NCBI GenBank assembly: GCA_030695905.1 | Contig: JAUYOL010000011.1 | Coordinates: 7,887-71,886 of the forward strand | Direction: 5' to 3' | DNA: 64,000 nucleotides | DNA from: Candidatus Omnitrophota bacterium | GTDB lineage: Bacteria > Omnitrophota > Gorgyraeia > 2-01-FULL-45-10 | Part shown: positions 36,535 to 48,253 of the stretch, piece after piece | Position numbering within the stretch: the stretch's first letter is position 1 | Layout: the number at the start of each line of letters is the position of its first letter | Made by a program: the position numbers and the translations under genes | The notes under the pieces: generated by a model | What the model saw: the letters and a program-made list of their open reading frames with translations, nothing else | Told to the model about the DNA's origin: nothing | Databases searched by the model: none

Positions 36535-38045
36535 TATTTTTTATGTAGAAGCTTATTTACGGCGTTGATATACGCCTTTATACTTGCCTCTATGATATCG
36601 GTAGACGCGCCTCTGCCGGAGACAACAGCGCTTTTTGATCCTATCTTGACCGATACTTCACCAAGAGCGTCTTTGCCGCTCGTGACAGACTTTATCTGAT
36701 AATCAAGAAGCTTTCCGCCTATCTTGATCACTTTATCGATGGCCTTATAACAGGCATCGACCGGACCGTCGCCACTGGATGAGCTTTCAAAGGCCTTGCC
36801 CTTATATTTAATCTCTATCGTCGCGGATGGCTTTATGCTGTCACCCGAGGTAATATGGAAATGCTCTAACCTTAACGCTTCGGGTATCTTTGATATCTCT
36901 TCATCTACTATAGTTTCAAGGTCTTCGTCAAATATCTCTTTCTTCTTATCGGCCAGTTCCTTAAAACGGTTAAAAGCCTTTTCAACCTGATCTTCTTTTA
37001 AGGTAAACCCAAGACTCAACAGCCTCGCTTTAAATGCGTGCCTGCCGGAATGTTTCCCTAAGACGAGTTTTGTTTCGGTGACACCTACATCCTCTGGCTT
37101 CATTATTTCGTAGGTTATCCTCTCCTTAAGCACTCCATCCTGATGTATTCCGGATTCATGCGCGAAGGCATTGGCGCCTACTATAGCTTTGTTTGGTTGT
37201 ACCGGCATGCCGGTCAGCTTCGATACGAGGCGGCTCGTCTTGAATATCTCTTTTGTGTTTATACCGGTGCTTATATTTTTGAATATATCATTACGAGTTC
37301 TTATCGTCATAACTATCTCTTCCAAAGACGCGTTACCCGCGCGCTCACCCAGCCCATTTATCGTGCATTCTACCTGCCTCGCGCCATTGAGCACCGCGGC
37401 TAAAGAGTTCGCTACGCCAAGACCAAGGTCGTTGTGGCAATGCACACTTATTACGGCCTTGTCGATATTCGGTACGTTCTCTTTTATGCCTTTTATTATG
37501 CTGGCAAATTCGAATGGCGTGGAGTACCCAACTGTATCGGGAATGTTTACAGTTTTGGCGCCGGCATTTATAACAGCCTCGACTACCTTATATAGGAAGT
37601 CTCTATCGGTGCGCGAAGCGTCCTCGGGTGAAAATTCAATGTCGTTACACTTATTTCTGGCATATTTTACAGCAGCCGCCGCAAGGCGCAGTATCTCGTC
37701 TTCCGCCTTCTTGAGCTTATATTTCATATGTATCTTTGAAGTCGCGAGAAATACATGAATGCGCGGATGAGATGAATATTTTACCGCGTTATAAGACGCA
37801 TCTATATCTTTTTCTATGGCGCGCGCCAGGCCGCAGACAACAGGGCCCTTCACTTCTTTAGCTACACGCTTTACTGATTCGAAGTCTCCGGGGCTGGAAA
37901 TAGGAAAGCCTGCCTCAATTACATCGACGCCGAGAACAGCGAGCTGTCTCGCTATCTCGATCTTCTCGTTGATATTCAGGCTGGCGCCCGGACACTGCTC
38001 CCCATCGCGCAGCGTCGTATCAAATATTATTATTTTTTCATCCAT
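36534..38045 (-). CDS. leuA: 2-isopropylmalate synthase
   Basis: [32 protein letters not shown]-terminal regulatory domain. Confidence 0.97.
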   Translation of the reverse strand: MDEKIIIFDTTLRDGEQCPGASLNINEKIEIARQLAVLGVDVIEAGFPISSPGDFESVKRVAKEVKGPVVCGLARAIEKDIDASYNAVKYSSHPRIHVFLATSKIHMKYKLKKAEDEILRLAAAAVKYARNKCNDIEFSPEDASRTDRDFLYKVVEAVINAGAKTVNIPDTVGYSTPFEFASIIKGIKENVPNIDKAVISVHCHNDLGLGVANSLAAVLNGARQVECTINGLGERAGNASLEEIVMTIRTRNDIFKNISTGINTKEIFKTSRLVSKLTGMPVQPNKAIVGANAFAHESGIHQDGVLKERITYEIMKPEDVGVTETKLVLGKHSGRHAFKARLLSLGFTLKEDQVEKAFNRFKELADKKKEIFDEDLETIVDEEISKIPEALRLEHFHITSGDSIKPSATIEIKYKGKAFESSSSGDGPVDACYKAIDKVIKIGGKLLDYQIKSVTSGKDALGEVSVKIGSKSAVVSGRGASTDIIEASIKAYINAVNKLLHKK

Positions 38046-39022
38046 GGCATCATTTTGCGAAGATCCTGACCGACCTTTTCTATCTTGTGCTCATCGCCCT
38101 TCTTTAAAAGCGCTGTCCAATTAGGCCTGCCAGTCTCATTCTCATTTATCCATTCGCGGGCAAATTTGCCGCTTGTGATCTCTTTAAGAATCTTCTTCAT
38201 CTCTTTGCGCGTTCTCTCGGTAATGATTCTCGGTCCGCGCGTAATATCGCCGTAACAAGCTGTGTTCGAAACTCCGCGCCTCATTCCGCTTACGCCTCTT
38301 TCCTGGATAAGGTCTGTGATAAGTTTCAGTTCATGCAATACTTCAAAATACGCTATCTCCGGCTGGTATCCGGCGTCGACAAGTGTATCAAAGCCGGCCA
38401 TGATAAGTTCACTCACTCCGCCGCAAAGAACGGCCTGTTCGCCGAATAGATCCGTCTCGGTCTCTTCGTTAAATGTAGTCTCGATGACTCCGGCCTTTGT
38501 CCCGCCGATGCCTTTAGCGTATGCAAGCGCTACCTTCAGCGCGTTGCCGGTGGCGTCTTGATGAATAGCGACCAGGCACGGCACGCCTTTGCCTTCTTCA
38601 TACATCTTTCTTACTAAAGCGCCCGGCCCTTTAGGGGCTATCATAACGACGTCTATCTTTTTTGAGGGCTTTATCTGTTTAAACCTTATATTGAAACCAT
38701 GCGAAAATATCAATACCTTGCCTTTTGTCATATTCTCGGCGATCTGTTCCTTGTAAACCTTTGCCTGTACGTGATCTTCTGTCAATATCTGGATGAGATC
38801 CGCCGCCGCAGAAGCCTCTTTAGCGGATACGGGATTAAAACCATCGGCTTTCGCTTGCTCGTAATTTTTTGTTCCGGGCAGCTCGCTTACTATTACCTCA
38901 AGCCCCGAATCTCTTAAGTTAAGGCTCTGTCCACGGCCCTGGATACCATATCCTATTACGGCTATCTTTTTCCCCTTCAGAATATTCAGATCAGCATCGT
39001 TGTCATAATAAATCTTTGCCAT
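38030..39022 (-). CDS. ilvC: Ketol-acid reductoisomerase
   Basis: [32 protein letters not shown]. Confidence 0.98.
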   Translation of the reverse strand: MAKIYYDNDADLNILKGKKIAVIGYGIQGRGQSLNLRDSGLEVIVSELPGTKNYEQAKADGFNPVSAKEASAAADLIQILTEDHVQAKVYKEQIAENMTKGKVLIFSHGFNIRFKQIKPSKKIDVVMIAPKGPGALVRKMYEEGKGVPCLVAIHQDATGNALKVALAYAKGIGGTKAGVIETTFNEETETDLFGEQAVLCGGVSELIMAGFDTLVDAGYQPEIAYFEVLHELKLITDLIQERGVSGMRRGVSNTACYGDITRGPRIITERTRKEMKKILKEITSGKFAREWINENETGRPNWTALLKKGDEHKIEKVGQDLRKMMPWMKK

Positions 39023-39038
39023 TGCTTCCTCCTTTTAT

Positions 39039-39557
39039 TTACTCATTTACTTCCGGCTTACCCGAAAGCCCGCTCAAACCTTTTTCGGTCGTATCCATAG
39101 CTATCCTGCCCGTCCGGACAACCTCTATTATCCCAAACGGCTTCAGCAGCGCCAATAAACCCTTTATTTTTGTTGAATCACCCGTCGCTTCTATGCTTAC
39201 AGATTTTGAACCTGCGTTAACTATCCTCGCGTCAACAGATTCTACCACTTCGAGTATCTGACTTCTGGTCTTGGGGCTTACCGACACTTTTATCAGCATA
39301 AGTTCCCTGTCCACGAATTCGCCCTCTTTGAAGTCGACTACCTTTATTACATCTATAAGCTTATTCAGCTGCTTTTTTATCTGCTCAAGCGTCTTGTCAT
39401 CGCCCTCAGACACTATGGTCATCCTTGAAATACTCGGATCTTCCGTCTCTCCGACCGCCAGAGAGTTTATATTAAATCCGCGCGCGCTAAACAAGCCCGC
39501 TACGCGCGCCAGGACTCCGAACTTATTCTCAACCAACACTGAAATAGTATGCTTCAT
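39039..39557 (-). CDS. ilvN: Acetolactate synthase small subunit
   Basis: VEN..GVLARV.GLFS.RGFNI.SL ACT domain. Confidence 0.97.
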   Translation of the reverse strand: MKHTISVLVENKFGVLARVAGLFSARGFNINSLAVGETEDPSISRMTIVSEGDDKTLEQIKKQLNKLIDVIKVVDFKEGEFVDRELMLIKVSVSPKTRSQILEVVESVDARIVNAGSKSVSIEATGDSTKIKGLLALLKPFGIIEVVRTGRIAMDTTEKGLSGLSGKPEVNE

Positions 39558-41230
39558 GCTAAACCACCGTCTATCATCTTATTTATGGCTTCGCCTGCCG
39601 GCACCATAGGAAAAACATTCTCTTCCTGTTCGACGCGAAAATCAATAAAGACTACATTGTCCGTCTTTAATGCTTTCTCGATCGCCGATTTGACTTCGCT
39701 TTTTTTGGTAACACGTATGCCGACAGCGCCGTAGCTTTCGGCGAGTTTTACAAAATCAGGGCACGTCCCGCAAAGGGTCGTATATGAATATCTTTTTTTA
39801 TAGAATAACTCCTGCCACTGCCTGACCATTCCAAGATAGCAATTATTCAATATCGCGACCTTAACCGGCACTTTGTTTATAACCGCTGTCGCGAGTTCCT
39901 GTATATTCATCTGTATAGACCCATCACCCGCTATATCAAAAACGGGCATTTCGGGCCTTCCTATCTTCGCGCCTATAGCGGCCGGAAAACCATACCCCAT
40001 AGTACCCAGTCCGCCGGAAGAGAGTATTGTCCTGGGCAGTAAAAATTTGTAGAACTGGGCGGCCCACATCTGATGCTGCCCGACTTCGGTCGCGATTATC
40101 GCTTTGCCCTTGGTAATTTCATATATCTGCTCTACAACATACTGCGGACGTAACTTATCGTCATTTTTATACTTGAGCGGAAAATTCTTCTTCCATCCGT
40201 CTATTTGCTTAAGCCAATCTTTCGTATCCGGCTTTTTAACTATTTTGTTGAGCTGTTTCAAAACTTCTTTGGCGTCTCCGACTACGGGTATATCGACATC
40301 GACGGTCTTTGAAACACTCGCCGGATCTATGTCTATATGCACTATCTTCGCATGAGGCGCAAACGCGTCTATCTTTCCGGTGACCCTGTCGTCAAACCTG
40401 GCTCCGATGGCAACAATAAGGTCCGATTCCATTATCGCGTGGTTAGCGTAAGCCGTGCCATGCATGCCGGGCATCCCCAATGAAAGTTTGTGGTCCTGCG
40501 GGAACGCGCCCAATCCCAAAAGTGTCATCGTTACCGGTATCTCATTTTTAATAGCGAGAGATCTCACTTCTTCGGACGCGTCCGAAGACATCGCGCCGCC
40601 GCCCACATATAGCACCGGCCTCTTTGAATCGGCGATAGCCTTCGCCATCTTCTTTATCTGCCCCGGATGGCCTTTGTATGTAGGATTATATCCGCGTATA
40701 TCGACCTTATCAGGATAGACAAACTCCGTCTCCTGCATCTGTATATCACTGGGTATATCAACGAGCACCGGACCTGGCCTGCCGGTAGAAGCGATATGAA
40801 ATGCCTCTTTTATGGTCCTGGCAAGATCCTTAACATCTTCGACCAGATAATTGTGTTTGGTTATAGGCCTCGTTATACCGGTGATGTCGGCTTCCTGAAA
40901 CGCGTCATTGCCTATAAGAAAGCTTTTGACCTGCCCTGTCAACGCCACCATAGGGATAGAGTCCATATATGCGGTGGCGATTCCCGTAACAAGGTTGGTC
41001 GCGCCCGGGCCCGACGTCGCGAGGCATACGCCAACCCTGCCGGTAGCTCGCGCGTAACCATCGGCGGCATGCGCTGCCGCCTGCTCATGCCGTGTCAGGA
41101 TAAATTTAATCGGCGCGTCGTATAGTTGGTCGAATATCGGCAATACCTGTCCGCCGGGGTAGCCGAATAATACCTCGACGCCCTCTTTCTTCAAACACTC
41201 TATTAATATTTTTGCGCCTGTAAGTTTCAT
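39554..41230 (-). CDS. ilvB: Acetolactate synthase large subunit
   Basis: [41 protein letters not shown]. Confidence 0.98.
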   Translation of the reverse strand: MKLTGAKILIECLKKEGVEVLFGYPGGQVLPIFDQLYDAPIKFILTRHEQAAAHAADGYARATGRVGVCLATSGPGATNLVTGIATAYMDSIPMVALTGQVKSFLIGNDAFQEADITGITRPITKHNYLVEDVKDLARTIKEAFHIASTGRPGPVLVDIPSDIQMQETEFVYPDKVDIRGYNPTYKGHPGQIKKMAKAIADSKRPVLYVGGGAMSSDASEEVRSLAIKNEIPVTMTLLGLGAFPQDHKLSLGMPGMHGTAYANHAIMESDLIVAIGARFDDRVTGKIDAFAPHAKIVHIDIDPASVSKTVDVDIPVVGDAKEVLKQLNKIVKKPDTKDWLKQIDGWKKNFPLKYKNDDKLRPQYVVEQIYEITKGKAIIATEVGQHQMWAAQFYKFLLPRTILSSGGLGTMGYGFPAAIGAKIGRPEMPVFDIAGDGSIQMNIQELATAVINKVPVKVAILNNCYLGMVRQWQELFYKKRYSYTTLCGTCPDFVKLAESYGAVGIRVTKKSEVKSAIEKALKTDNVVFIDFRVEQEENVFPMVPAGEAINKMIDGGLA

Positions 41231-41233
41231 TTT

Positions 41234-42889
41234 TTAAACCTTAAGTATTGCGCCTTCTGACGCGGACGAAACGAATTTAGCGTATCGCGCCAGGTATCCT
41301 TCTTTCTCTTTAATCTCCGGAGCATGCCATTTAGCCATGCGCGATTTTATCTCGGATTCGCTCAATTTTAGCTCCAATTTTCTTTTTGGAATATCTATAA
41401 CTATCTCATCGCCGTCCTGCACGATAGCGATAATCCCTCCTATTTGAGCTTCGGGTGAAATATGGCCGATGCACGGCCCCTGTGTTCCGCCCGAAAATCT
41501 TCCGTCGGTAATCAATGCCACATCATCCGCTAAACCCATCCCGACTATAGCGGCAGTCGGAGATAGCATCTCTCTCATGCCGGGGCCGCCCTTGGGCCCT
41601 TCATAGCGTATGACTATACAATCGCCTTTTTTGATCTTACCGGCCATGATAGCCTGCATACACGTCTCTTCAGATTCAAAGACCCGCGCCTTACCTGTAA
41701 AATTCATCATCTTCGCCGACACCGCGGTCTGTTTTACAACTGCTCCTTCCGGGGCTAAGTTGCCTTTTAAGACGGCTATACCGCCTTCGGCGTGATATGG
41801 GTTCTTTATATCGCGTATCACATTCTCATCCAGAACCTGGGCATCATTAGCTATCTGGCTAATCTGTTTACCACTGCAAGTCATAACATCATTGAGGACA
41901 TTCTTCATCCTCTTCATAATAGCGGGTATCCCACCGGCATATTCCAAATCTTCCATGAAATGCTCTCCGCCGGGTAGAATGTTTGTGATATGCGGTGTGG
42001 TGCGTGAAATCTTATCGAATTCGTCTATGTTAAGGCTTATATCGAATTCGCGCGCTATTGCCAATAGATGTAAAACTGTATTTGTTGACCCGCCAAGCGC
42101 CATATCGATCTTTATCGCGTTCTCAAACGCCTCTTTTCTCATTATGGTCCGCGGCAAAATATTGCGCCTGACTAAATTAACTATCTTCTCGCCGGACTCC
42201 TGCGCTATCCTGTCTTTTTTAGCGGAGACGGCCATAGCCGTAGCGCAACCCGGAACGCTCATGCCCAGCGCCTCGGTTATACATGACATCGAATTCGCGG
42301 TATACAACCCCTGGCACGCGCCCGCCCCTGGGCACGCGCACATCTCAAGATTACACATCTCTTCCTGTGAAATATCGCCTTTTTTGAACTTGCCTACCGC
42401 TTCAAAAGTATCTTTAACGAGCGATAGTCGCCTGCCCCTGTAATTTCCGCTCATCATAGGCCCCGCGGTAACAACAATAGATGGAATATTCAAACGGCCC
42501 ACACCCATAAGCATACCGGGAGTGATCTTATCGCAATTGGTCAGACAAACGAGCCCGTCAAAAGAGTGCGCTTTGCAGATAGTCTCGACCATGTCCGCTA
42601 TGAGCTCTCGCGAAGCAAGGGAGTATTTCATGCCTCCGTGGCCCATCGCGATACCATCGCAGATTCCCGGAATACCGAAGAAGAAAGGAACGCCGCCTGC
42701 CGCGCATATTCCGCGCTCAATAAACCTCTCTAACCTGTCCATGTGTATGTGGCCGGGGATAATATCTGTCTTTGACGTAGCAACCGCTATAAACGGCTTA
42801 GCCATGTCATCTTTGGATATACCCGTGGCGTATAAAAGGCTTCTTGCTCCCGCCCTCTCAATACCCTTTTTTATCTTATCGCTCTTCAT
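41234..42889 (-). CDS. ilvD: Dihydroxy-acid dehydratase
   Basis: [41 protein letters not shown]. Confidence 0.99.
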   Translation of the reverse strand: MKSDKIKKGIERAGARSLLYATGISKDDMAKPFIAVATSKTDIIPGHIHMDRLERFIERGICAAGGVPFFFGIPGICDGIAMGHGGMKYSLASRELIADMVETICKAHSFDGLVCLTNCDKITPGMLMGVGRLNIPSIVVTAGPMMSGNYRGRRLSLVKDTFEAVGKFKKGDISQEEMCNLEMCACPGAGACQGLYTANSMSCITEALGMSVPGCATAMAVSAKKDRIAQESGEKIVNLVRRNILPRTIMRKEAFENAIKIDMALGGSTNTVLHLLAIAREFDISLNIDEFDKISRTTPHITNILPGGEHFMEDLEYAGGIPAIMKRMKNVLNDVMTCSGKQISQIANDAQVLDENVIRDIKNPYHAEGGIAVLKGNLAPEGAVVKQTAVSAKMMNFTGKARVFESEETCMQAIMAGKIKKGDCIVIRYEGPKGGPGMREMLSPTAAIVGMGLADDVALITDGRFSGGTQGPCIGHISPEAQIGGIIAIVQDGDEIVIDIPKRKLELKLSESEIKSRMAKWHAPEIKEKEGYLARYAKFVSSASEGAILKV

Positions 42890-42915
42890 GTATGTTCTCC
42901 TCGTATAAGCATAAA

Positions 42916-42945
42916 ATTATATACTATATCTTTATGGGGTGTCAA
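42916..42945 (-). promoter_or_regulatory. Sigma70 promoter of the ilv-leu-aro operon
   Basis: TTGACA-18nt-TATAAT; SD GAGGAG before ilvD. Confidence 0.65.
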
Positions 42946-42970
42946 ATGAATTAAATGTAAGAAAATGGCT

Positions 42971-44137
42971 TTATTCCGAGTAGATACGCGGGACGCGATT
43001 TGATATGCCGCAGATAAAATCATAGGCTATTGTGCCGGCAAGACGGGCCAATTGTTCTATGCGTATTTCGTGCCTGCCCTGTTTCCCTATTAAAACCACT
43101 TCGTCACCTACCTTAACGCCTCTTACATGGCCCACATCTATCATGGTCTGGTCCATGGTAACCTTGCCCACAACAGGCGCAAATTGTCCGCGGACAAGGA
43201 CTTGGGCTTTATTTGAAACTCCCCTATTATAGCCATCGGCATAGCCTATAGGCACAGTGGCCACCTTTGTGGGCCTCTGGCTGATGAATGTCCTGCCATA
43301 ACTTATTGAGCGTCCGGGAGGTATATCTTTTATAAACACAATTTTTGTCTTTAAAGACATGGCCGGCTTTAATTTAATGAGTTTTGGGAATGTGTGCTTA
43401 GGATACATGCCGTATATGATAAGGCCCGGGCGGACAAGATTAAGGTGTGATCTTTTAAAATCGACTGTAGCGATAGAGTTGGCCGCGTGCTTTAAAGGTA
43501 TCTTTATCCAGCTCTTCTCTATCGAGGCCAGCAGCCTTTCGAAGGACTCTATCTGGTAACTTGTAAAAAATTCGTCGCGGCCGGCGCTCGAAAAATGCGT
43601 GTAAATCCCTTCCATCGCTACGGTCTTTTCAGCCGCTATCTCTTTTACGAATGCAAGCGCGTCTTCATGCCATATACCGATACGGCCCATGCCCGTATCT
43701 ACCTTTATGTGCACTTTGATCTTTGGGTCGCCAGGCTCTTCCTGTTTTGCCAGTCTCTTTATTTCATTAAATATTTCGTCATTGCAAAGAGTTATAGCTA
43801 TATCGCGGTATTTGGCTATCTTTACTTCCTCGGGCAATATAGAGCCCAATATCAATATGGGCGTCTTTATACCATGGTCTCTAATGCGCACCGCCTCATC
43901 CGTAGTGGCAACGCCCAAATAATTAACGCCTATATTCTCAAGCACCCTGGCAATCTCCACGGTGCCATGCCCATAGGCGTTTGCTTTTACCACGGCCATT
44001 AACATTACATCTTTGCCGACAAGGCGTTTTACCTGCGTATAGTTATGCTCTATGGCGCCTAAGTCTACATCGGCCCATGTGGGACGATAACGCGCCCTGG
44101 TAACTCCGTTTCTTGTTTTTACGGGAATTGCGTTCAT
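42971..44137 (-). CDS. alr: Alanine racemase
   Basis: AVVKANAYGHG, KVDTGMGR, HAANS, SYG, IGYADG, V.MDQ. Start placed at the ATGA overlap with the tsaB stop. Confidence 0.98.
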   Translation of the reverse strand: MNAIPVKTRNGVTRARYRPTWADVDLGAIEHNYTQVKRLVGKDVMLMAVVKANAYGHGTVEIARVLENIGVNYLGVATTDEAVRIRDHGIKTPILILGSILPEEVKIAKYRDIAITLCNDEIFNEIKRLAKQEEPGDPKIKVHIKVDTGMGRIGIWHEDALAFVKEIAAEKTVAMEGIYTHFSSAGRDEFFTSYQIESFERLLASIEKSWIKIPLKHAANSIATVDFKRSHLNLVRPGLIIYGMYPKHTFPKLIKLKPAMSLKTKIVFIKDIPPGRSISYGRTFISQRPTKVATVPIGYADGYNRGVSNKAQVLVRGQFAPVVGKVTMDQTMIDVGHVRGVKVGDEVVLIGKQGRHEIRIEQLARLAGTIAYDFICGISNRVPRIYSE

Positions 44138-44814
44138 CGGCCGGTCACATCGCATTCTTTAGAATATATATACATAGGCTCAAGGTCCTGTGCCTTAATA
44201 AATTTTTTCTTCTTAAAATCTTCTGCCGCCAAACGCGCCACAATTTCCGCTTTCGGATGATAATCTTTGAGAACCTTACCTCCCCTCCCGGAGGGGAAAT
44301 GGTTTTCCCCTCCGGGAGGGGAAATGGCGTCACCTAAAAACAAAACTTTATCATATTTTTCCAATTTTCTCAATAGATCATCGAGCGGCAAAAGCAGATA
44401 TTTTGATAATCTCTTTATTATAGACCCGTCCGATCTATACAGGCAGGCATAAACTTTATTTTTTCGCGCGTCCAACACGGGGCATATTATGCCTTTAAAC
44501 TTCCTGGCGTTCATAGCTATAACATCGAGCGTTGGCACGGCTATTACAGGTTTATTTAAAGCAAAGGCAAGCCCTTTCACAACTGTAACTCCTATGCGCA
44601 ATCCCGTAAACGAACCCGGGCCTACGCTTATCGCGAAACAATCTATCTCTTTTATTCTGATCTTCGCTTTTTTTAAGAGCTTATCTATCGTAGGCACCAG
44701 TAAAATGGAGTGCCTCATATCGGCCTTCTTATGAAATTTCGCTATCACCTTATCGGCCTTAAGCACCGCCAGGCTTAAATAATCCGTGGATGTATCTATA
44801 GCAAGTATTATCAT
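44134..44814 (-). CDS. tsaB: tRNA threonylcarbamoyladenosine biosynthesis protein TsaB, with an in-frame palindrome-encoded insert
   Basis: LAIDTST, GPGSFTGLRIG, DARK..VY, P.YI. Confidence 0.95.
   Translation of the reverse strand: MIILAIDTSTDYLSLAVLKADKVIAKFHKKADMRHSILLVPTIDKLLKKAKIRIKEIDCFAISVGPGSFTGLRIGVTVVKGLAFALNKPVIAVPTLDVIAMNARKFKGIICPVLDARKNKVYACLYRSDGSIIKRLSKYLLLPLDDLLRKLEKYDKVLFLGDAISPPGGENHFPSGRGGKVLKDYHPKAEIVARLAAEDFKKKKFIKAQDLEPMYIYSKECDVTGR
44274..44328. repeat. Two tandem palindromic elements within tsaB
   Basis: tcccctcc-c-ggaggggaaatgg and ttttcccctcc-g-ggaggggaaatgg; encode ISPPGGENHFPSGRGG. Confidence 0.85.
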
Positions 44815-45224
44815 AATATCTCTATCTTCCGCTTCTCTTCTCCGGCCACGGAGAATCTCACTTCAGTATATTTTTTTGGCAAAAGCTGCCGTATCTTATC
44901 AGCCCATTCTATAACGGTCACGCCGTCGCTATAAAAATATTCTTCGTAGTTCATCGCGTCAAATGAAGAATAGTGGTCAAGCCGGTATAGGTCGAAGTGA
45001 TACAAGGGCATCTTTCCTTTATACTCTTTTATAATAACAAATGTGGGGCTATTCACATAACGGGCGTTCTTCACGCCAAGGCCTTGAGCTATGCCTTTTG
45101 TAAAGACGGTCTTGCCGGATCCTAAATCTCCCACTAATGCCACGACCGAGCCTTTCTTAAGCTTTGCTCCTAATTTTTCGCCAAGCGCGATCGTCTGGCC
45201 TATACTTTTGGATATTATCTTCAA
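44811..45224 (-). CDS. tsaE: tRNA threonylcarbamoyladenosine biosynthesis ATPase TsaE
   Basis: GDLGSGKT, SPTF, YHFDLYRL, IEW. Confidence 0.97.
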   Translation of the reverse strand: MKIISKSIGQTIALGEKLGAKLKKGSVVALVGDLGSGKTVFTKGIAQGLGVKNARYVNSPTFVIIKEYKGKMPLYHFDLYRLDHYSSFDAMNYEEYFYSDGVTVIEWADKIRQLLPKKYTEVRFSVAGEEKRKIEIL

Positions 45225-46132
45225 AAGTGCGTATATCCTTTTACTTTTATGCCTTCCTCTTTGCCCTTCTCCCTGATAATTTTATATCCGTACTTTTTAT
45301 CCGTTATCTCGCCTATCAATGAGATGCGCGTTCCCGCCTTCGAGAAATTACGCCGCAGCAGTTTTTCCGCTTCTTTCGCGCCCATCGTAAATAACAATTC
45401 ATAATCCTCACCGTCGTATAGCGCGTTCTTTAAACTCACCGCGTCTCTGGAGAGGGGTATACTCTCTTCATATATGCACGAGCCCACGCGGCTTGCTTTC
45501 ATTATCCTGTAAAGATCCAGAGCAAGACCGTCGGACACATCTATCATTGAATTCACCTTAAAATTATTCACTATGTCTTGAGATTCCCGGACACGGGGCA
45601 TAAAATTAAGGTGCTTTCCTCTTATTGAGCCGCCAAACGAGCCCGTTACCAATATAAGATCGCCCGGTTTTGCGCCGCTGCGCAAGGCCAGGTTTTTCTT
45701 CTTAGCCTGCCCTATCAAAGAAACGTCGATAACTATTTTTTTGGATTCGGACATATCGCCGCCGACTATATTTACGCCGAATCCATCTGCCGCGGCCTTG
45801 AGGCCCTTGCATATACCGTCCGCTATTGACACATCGAGTCCGGAGTGTATTCCAAGAGAGACCACGGCGTGTTTTGGCACGCCGCCCATGGCGGCAATGT
45901 CGCTGATATTGCGCGCGAGCGCCTTCCATCCTATCTGAAAAGGCGTTGCCTTAGTTAACTTAAAATGCACATCCTCAATTGTCATGTCACAGGTAAAGAG
46001 AAGATAATTATTCTTGTCCCATTTTAAAACAGCCGTATCGTCCCCGCTGCCCTTTACAACAGAGTTGTCGAGACGAAAATTCTTCGCCAGGCGCTTTATT
46101 AGTTCTATTTCACCGATATTTTTGATCCGCAT
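45221..46132 (-). CDS. thiL: Thiamine-monophosphate kinase
   Basis: GE.ELI, GDDTA, N.SDIAAMGG, GGD, IDVSDGL, GEDYEL.FT, GYTHF. Confidence 0.96.
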   Translation of the reverse strand: MRIKNIGEIELIKRLAKNFRLDNSVVKGSGDDTAVLKWDKNNYLLFTCDMTIEDVHFKLTKATPFQIGWKALARNISDIAAMGGVPKHAVVSLGIHSGLDVSIADGICKGLKAAADGFGVNIVGGDMSESKKIVIDVSLIGQAKKKNLALRSGAKPGDLILVTGSFGGSIRGKHLNFMPRVRESQDIVNNFKVNSMIDVSDGLALDLYRIMKASRVGSCIYEESIPLSRDAVSLKNALYDGEDYELLFTMGAKEAEKLLRRNFSKAGTRISLIGEITDKKYGYKIIREKGKEEGIKVKGYTHF

Positions 46133-47133
46133 CTTTTAAATATTCCTTTTTCGGTTATTATGGCTGTTATCAATTTGGCCGGTGTAACATCAAAGGCCGG
46201 GTTATAGACTTTAACATTGCGCGGCGCCATCATCTTGCCGACTACGCCCCTTACTTCATTGCCGTCTCGCTCTTCTATGGGAATCTCCTTGCCTGTCTTC
46301 AGCCTAAAATCAAAAGTCGATATGGGTGCCACGACATAGAAAGGGATCTTGTGATAACCGGCTGATACAGCAAGGCTGTATGTGCCTATCTTATTTGCCG
46401 CGTCGCCGTTTGCGGCTATGCGGTCCGCCCCGACGAATATCATATCTATCTTGCCCTTCTCCATAAGGCTCGCCGCCATGTTGTCACAGATCAATGTCGT
46501 ATCTATGCCTTCACGCATCAATTCCCATGTGGTAAGACGCGCTCCCTGTAACAATGGCCTGGTCTCATCTACATACGCTTTTATATTCTTGCCCTGTTTA
46601 TTCGCCTTAAAGAGCACTCCCAAAGCTGTCCCATAATCCGCCGTGGCGAGCCCTCCCGCATTGCAATGCGTGAGTATTCTCGAGCCCTTCTTTACAAGGC
46701 TCGCGCCATGGCGTGCCATGCGCCGGCAGGCTGACTTATCTTCATCGATAATTTTAAGCGCCTCTTTCAATAATATATTCTTTATCTGCGGAATGGTATT
46801 TTTTCTGTGCTCATAAGCGGCCTTTTCCATCCTCTCAAGCGCCCAAAATAGATTTACCGCTGTCGGACGCGAGGAGCCCAAATACAAAACGTGTCTTCTC
46901 ATCTCTTTAAAAAATGCGTTAAAATTTCCCGCCCCGGAATCTTTAATTCCGATAATCACGCCTAATGCCCCCGCTATGCCGATTGCCGGAGCCCCGCGGA
47001 TCTCCAGGCGCTTTATCGCGCGCCAGAGCCTGCGGACATCATCTGTCGAAACAACTTTAAACTTATGCGGCAATAGCGTCTGGTCTATAAATCTGATTTT
47101 ACCGTTCTTAAATGTAATCGTCTCTACCGGCAT
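46105..47133 (-). CDS. mtnA: S-methyl-5-thioribose-1-phosphate isomerase
   Basis: IRGAPAIG, RPTAVNL, THCNAG, ETRPLLQGARLT, NKIGTY, NPAFDVTP. Confidence 0.97.
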   Translation of the reverse strand: MPVETITFKNGKIRFIDQTLLPHKFKVVSTDDVRRLWRAIKRLEIRGAPAIGIAGALGVIIGIKDSGAGNFNAFFKEMRRHVLYLGSSRPTAVNLFWALERMEKAAYEHRKNTIPQIKNILLKEALKIIDEDKSACRRMARHGASLVKKGSRILTHCNAGGLATADYGTALGVLFKANKQGKNIKAYVDETRPLLQGARLTTWELMREGIDTTLICDNMAASLMEKGKIDMIFVGADRIAANGDAANKIGTYSLAVSAGYHKIPFYVVAPISTFDFRLKTGKEIPIEERDGNEVRGVVGKMMAPRNVKVYNPAFDVTPAKLITAIITEKGIFKRCGSKISVK

Positions 47134-47143
47134 CCTTCCTCCC

Positions 47144-48253
47144 CTATCCCCAGATCATCTTTGTCAAAATATTCCGCTTAATAGATATAGCCTTATACGG
47201 ACATACCTCGTGACAACACAGGCATCTGATACACTTTTTATAATCGATTTCGCAATGGCCTTCTTCTATGGTTATACAGTCAGCGGGGCAAGTAACTTTA
47301 CACAGATTGCACCTTCTGCATATGTCTTTATCTATGTATGGCTTGAATCTTACAAGCGACGCCAACGCGTTCAGTACGCTCTTGGGCAATATCTTCAATG
47401 GCGTTGTCTGCGGCAGTTTAAAATCTTTAGTTATAAAATCGTTGATATCGTCGCCGACAAGTTCTATGCGCGAAAGATCGGCTTCTCCAAGCTCCATTTT
47501 ATAAACTTCCTTTGTAACGAGCACATCTAAAGATTTTAACCCTATTGTCTTCGCGATACAGGCATCTATGGCCACCGCGTCCGTTCCCGCCATCACAAGG
47601 TTCATCTTCCTGGGCGTGCCGGCGGAGGGGCCATCCCCCTCCATGGCCAGTATTCCATCCAAAACTGTGAGACCGGGCCTGGCCACTGAATACACTTTTG
47701 CCATTATCTTAGAGAAGTCCTCTTCTTTCGGCGCGCGCGAATGGCATTGGGCCTTATACAGCCCGACAACAGCCCCAAACATATTCTTTACCGCCGCGGT
47801 TATTACCGTAATGCTGTGCGTTTTGAATTTCGGTATCGATATAATAAAATCCGCGTCCAAAACATGCTGCGATAATGGTATCCCGTTAACTGATCTTGAT
47901 AATGTAAATTTTTTTATCTCGATCCCTTCCTGATCCGCGACACTCTTGATGCCGGAAGTCTCCAATATCTCATCTATATTATGGCCATAACCTCCCGGCG
48001 CGTCGCCTAAAGATACTATACCGCCCGCGCCCTTAACGAGCCGGGCAACCGCTCTCACAACTTCCGGATGCGTCGTAACCGCGTCTTCGGGCACATGCGG
48101 CGAAAGAAGGTTTGGTTTCAATAATACCTTCATGCCGGGCTTTATGAAGGCTTCTATGCCGCCTACAAGGCCTATCGCCCGCTGTACCGCGTCACGTACA
48201 TTGTTAGTATCGTAACTTTCGCATCGAGATATCGCTACTTTTACCATTCTCAA
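47144..48253 (-). CDS. DUF362 domain plus 2x[4Fe-4S] ferredoxin protein
   Basis: KPNL, TTHPE, PKFKTH, KNMFG, MEGDGP; CxxCxxCxxxCP twice. Confidence 0.9.
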   Translation of the reverse strand: MRMVKVAISRCESYDTNNVRDAVQRAIGLVGGIEAFIKPGMKVLLKPNLLSPHVPEDAVTTHPEVVRAVARLVKGAGGIVSLGDAPGGYGHNIDEILETSGIKSVADQEGIEIKKFTLSRSVNGIPLSQHVLDADFIISIPKFKTHSITVITAAVKNMFGAVVGLYKAQCHSRAPKEEDFSKIMAKVYSVARPGLTVLDGILAMEGDGPSAGTPRKMNLVMAGTDAVAIDACIAKTIGLKSLDVLVTKEVYKMELGEADLSRIELVGDDINDFITKDFKLPQTTPLKILPKSVLNALASLVRFKPYIDKDICRRCNLCKVTCPADCITIEEGHCEIDYKKCIRCLCCHEVCPYKAISIKRNILTKMIWG

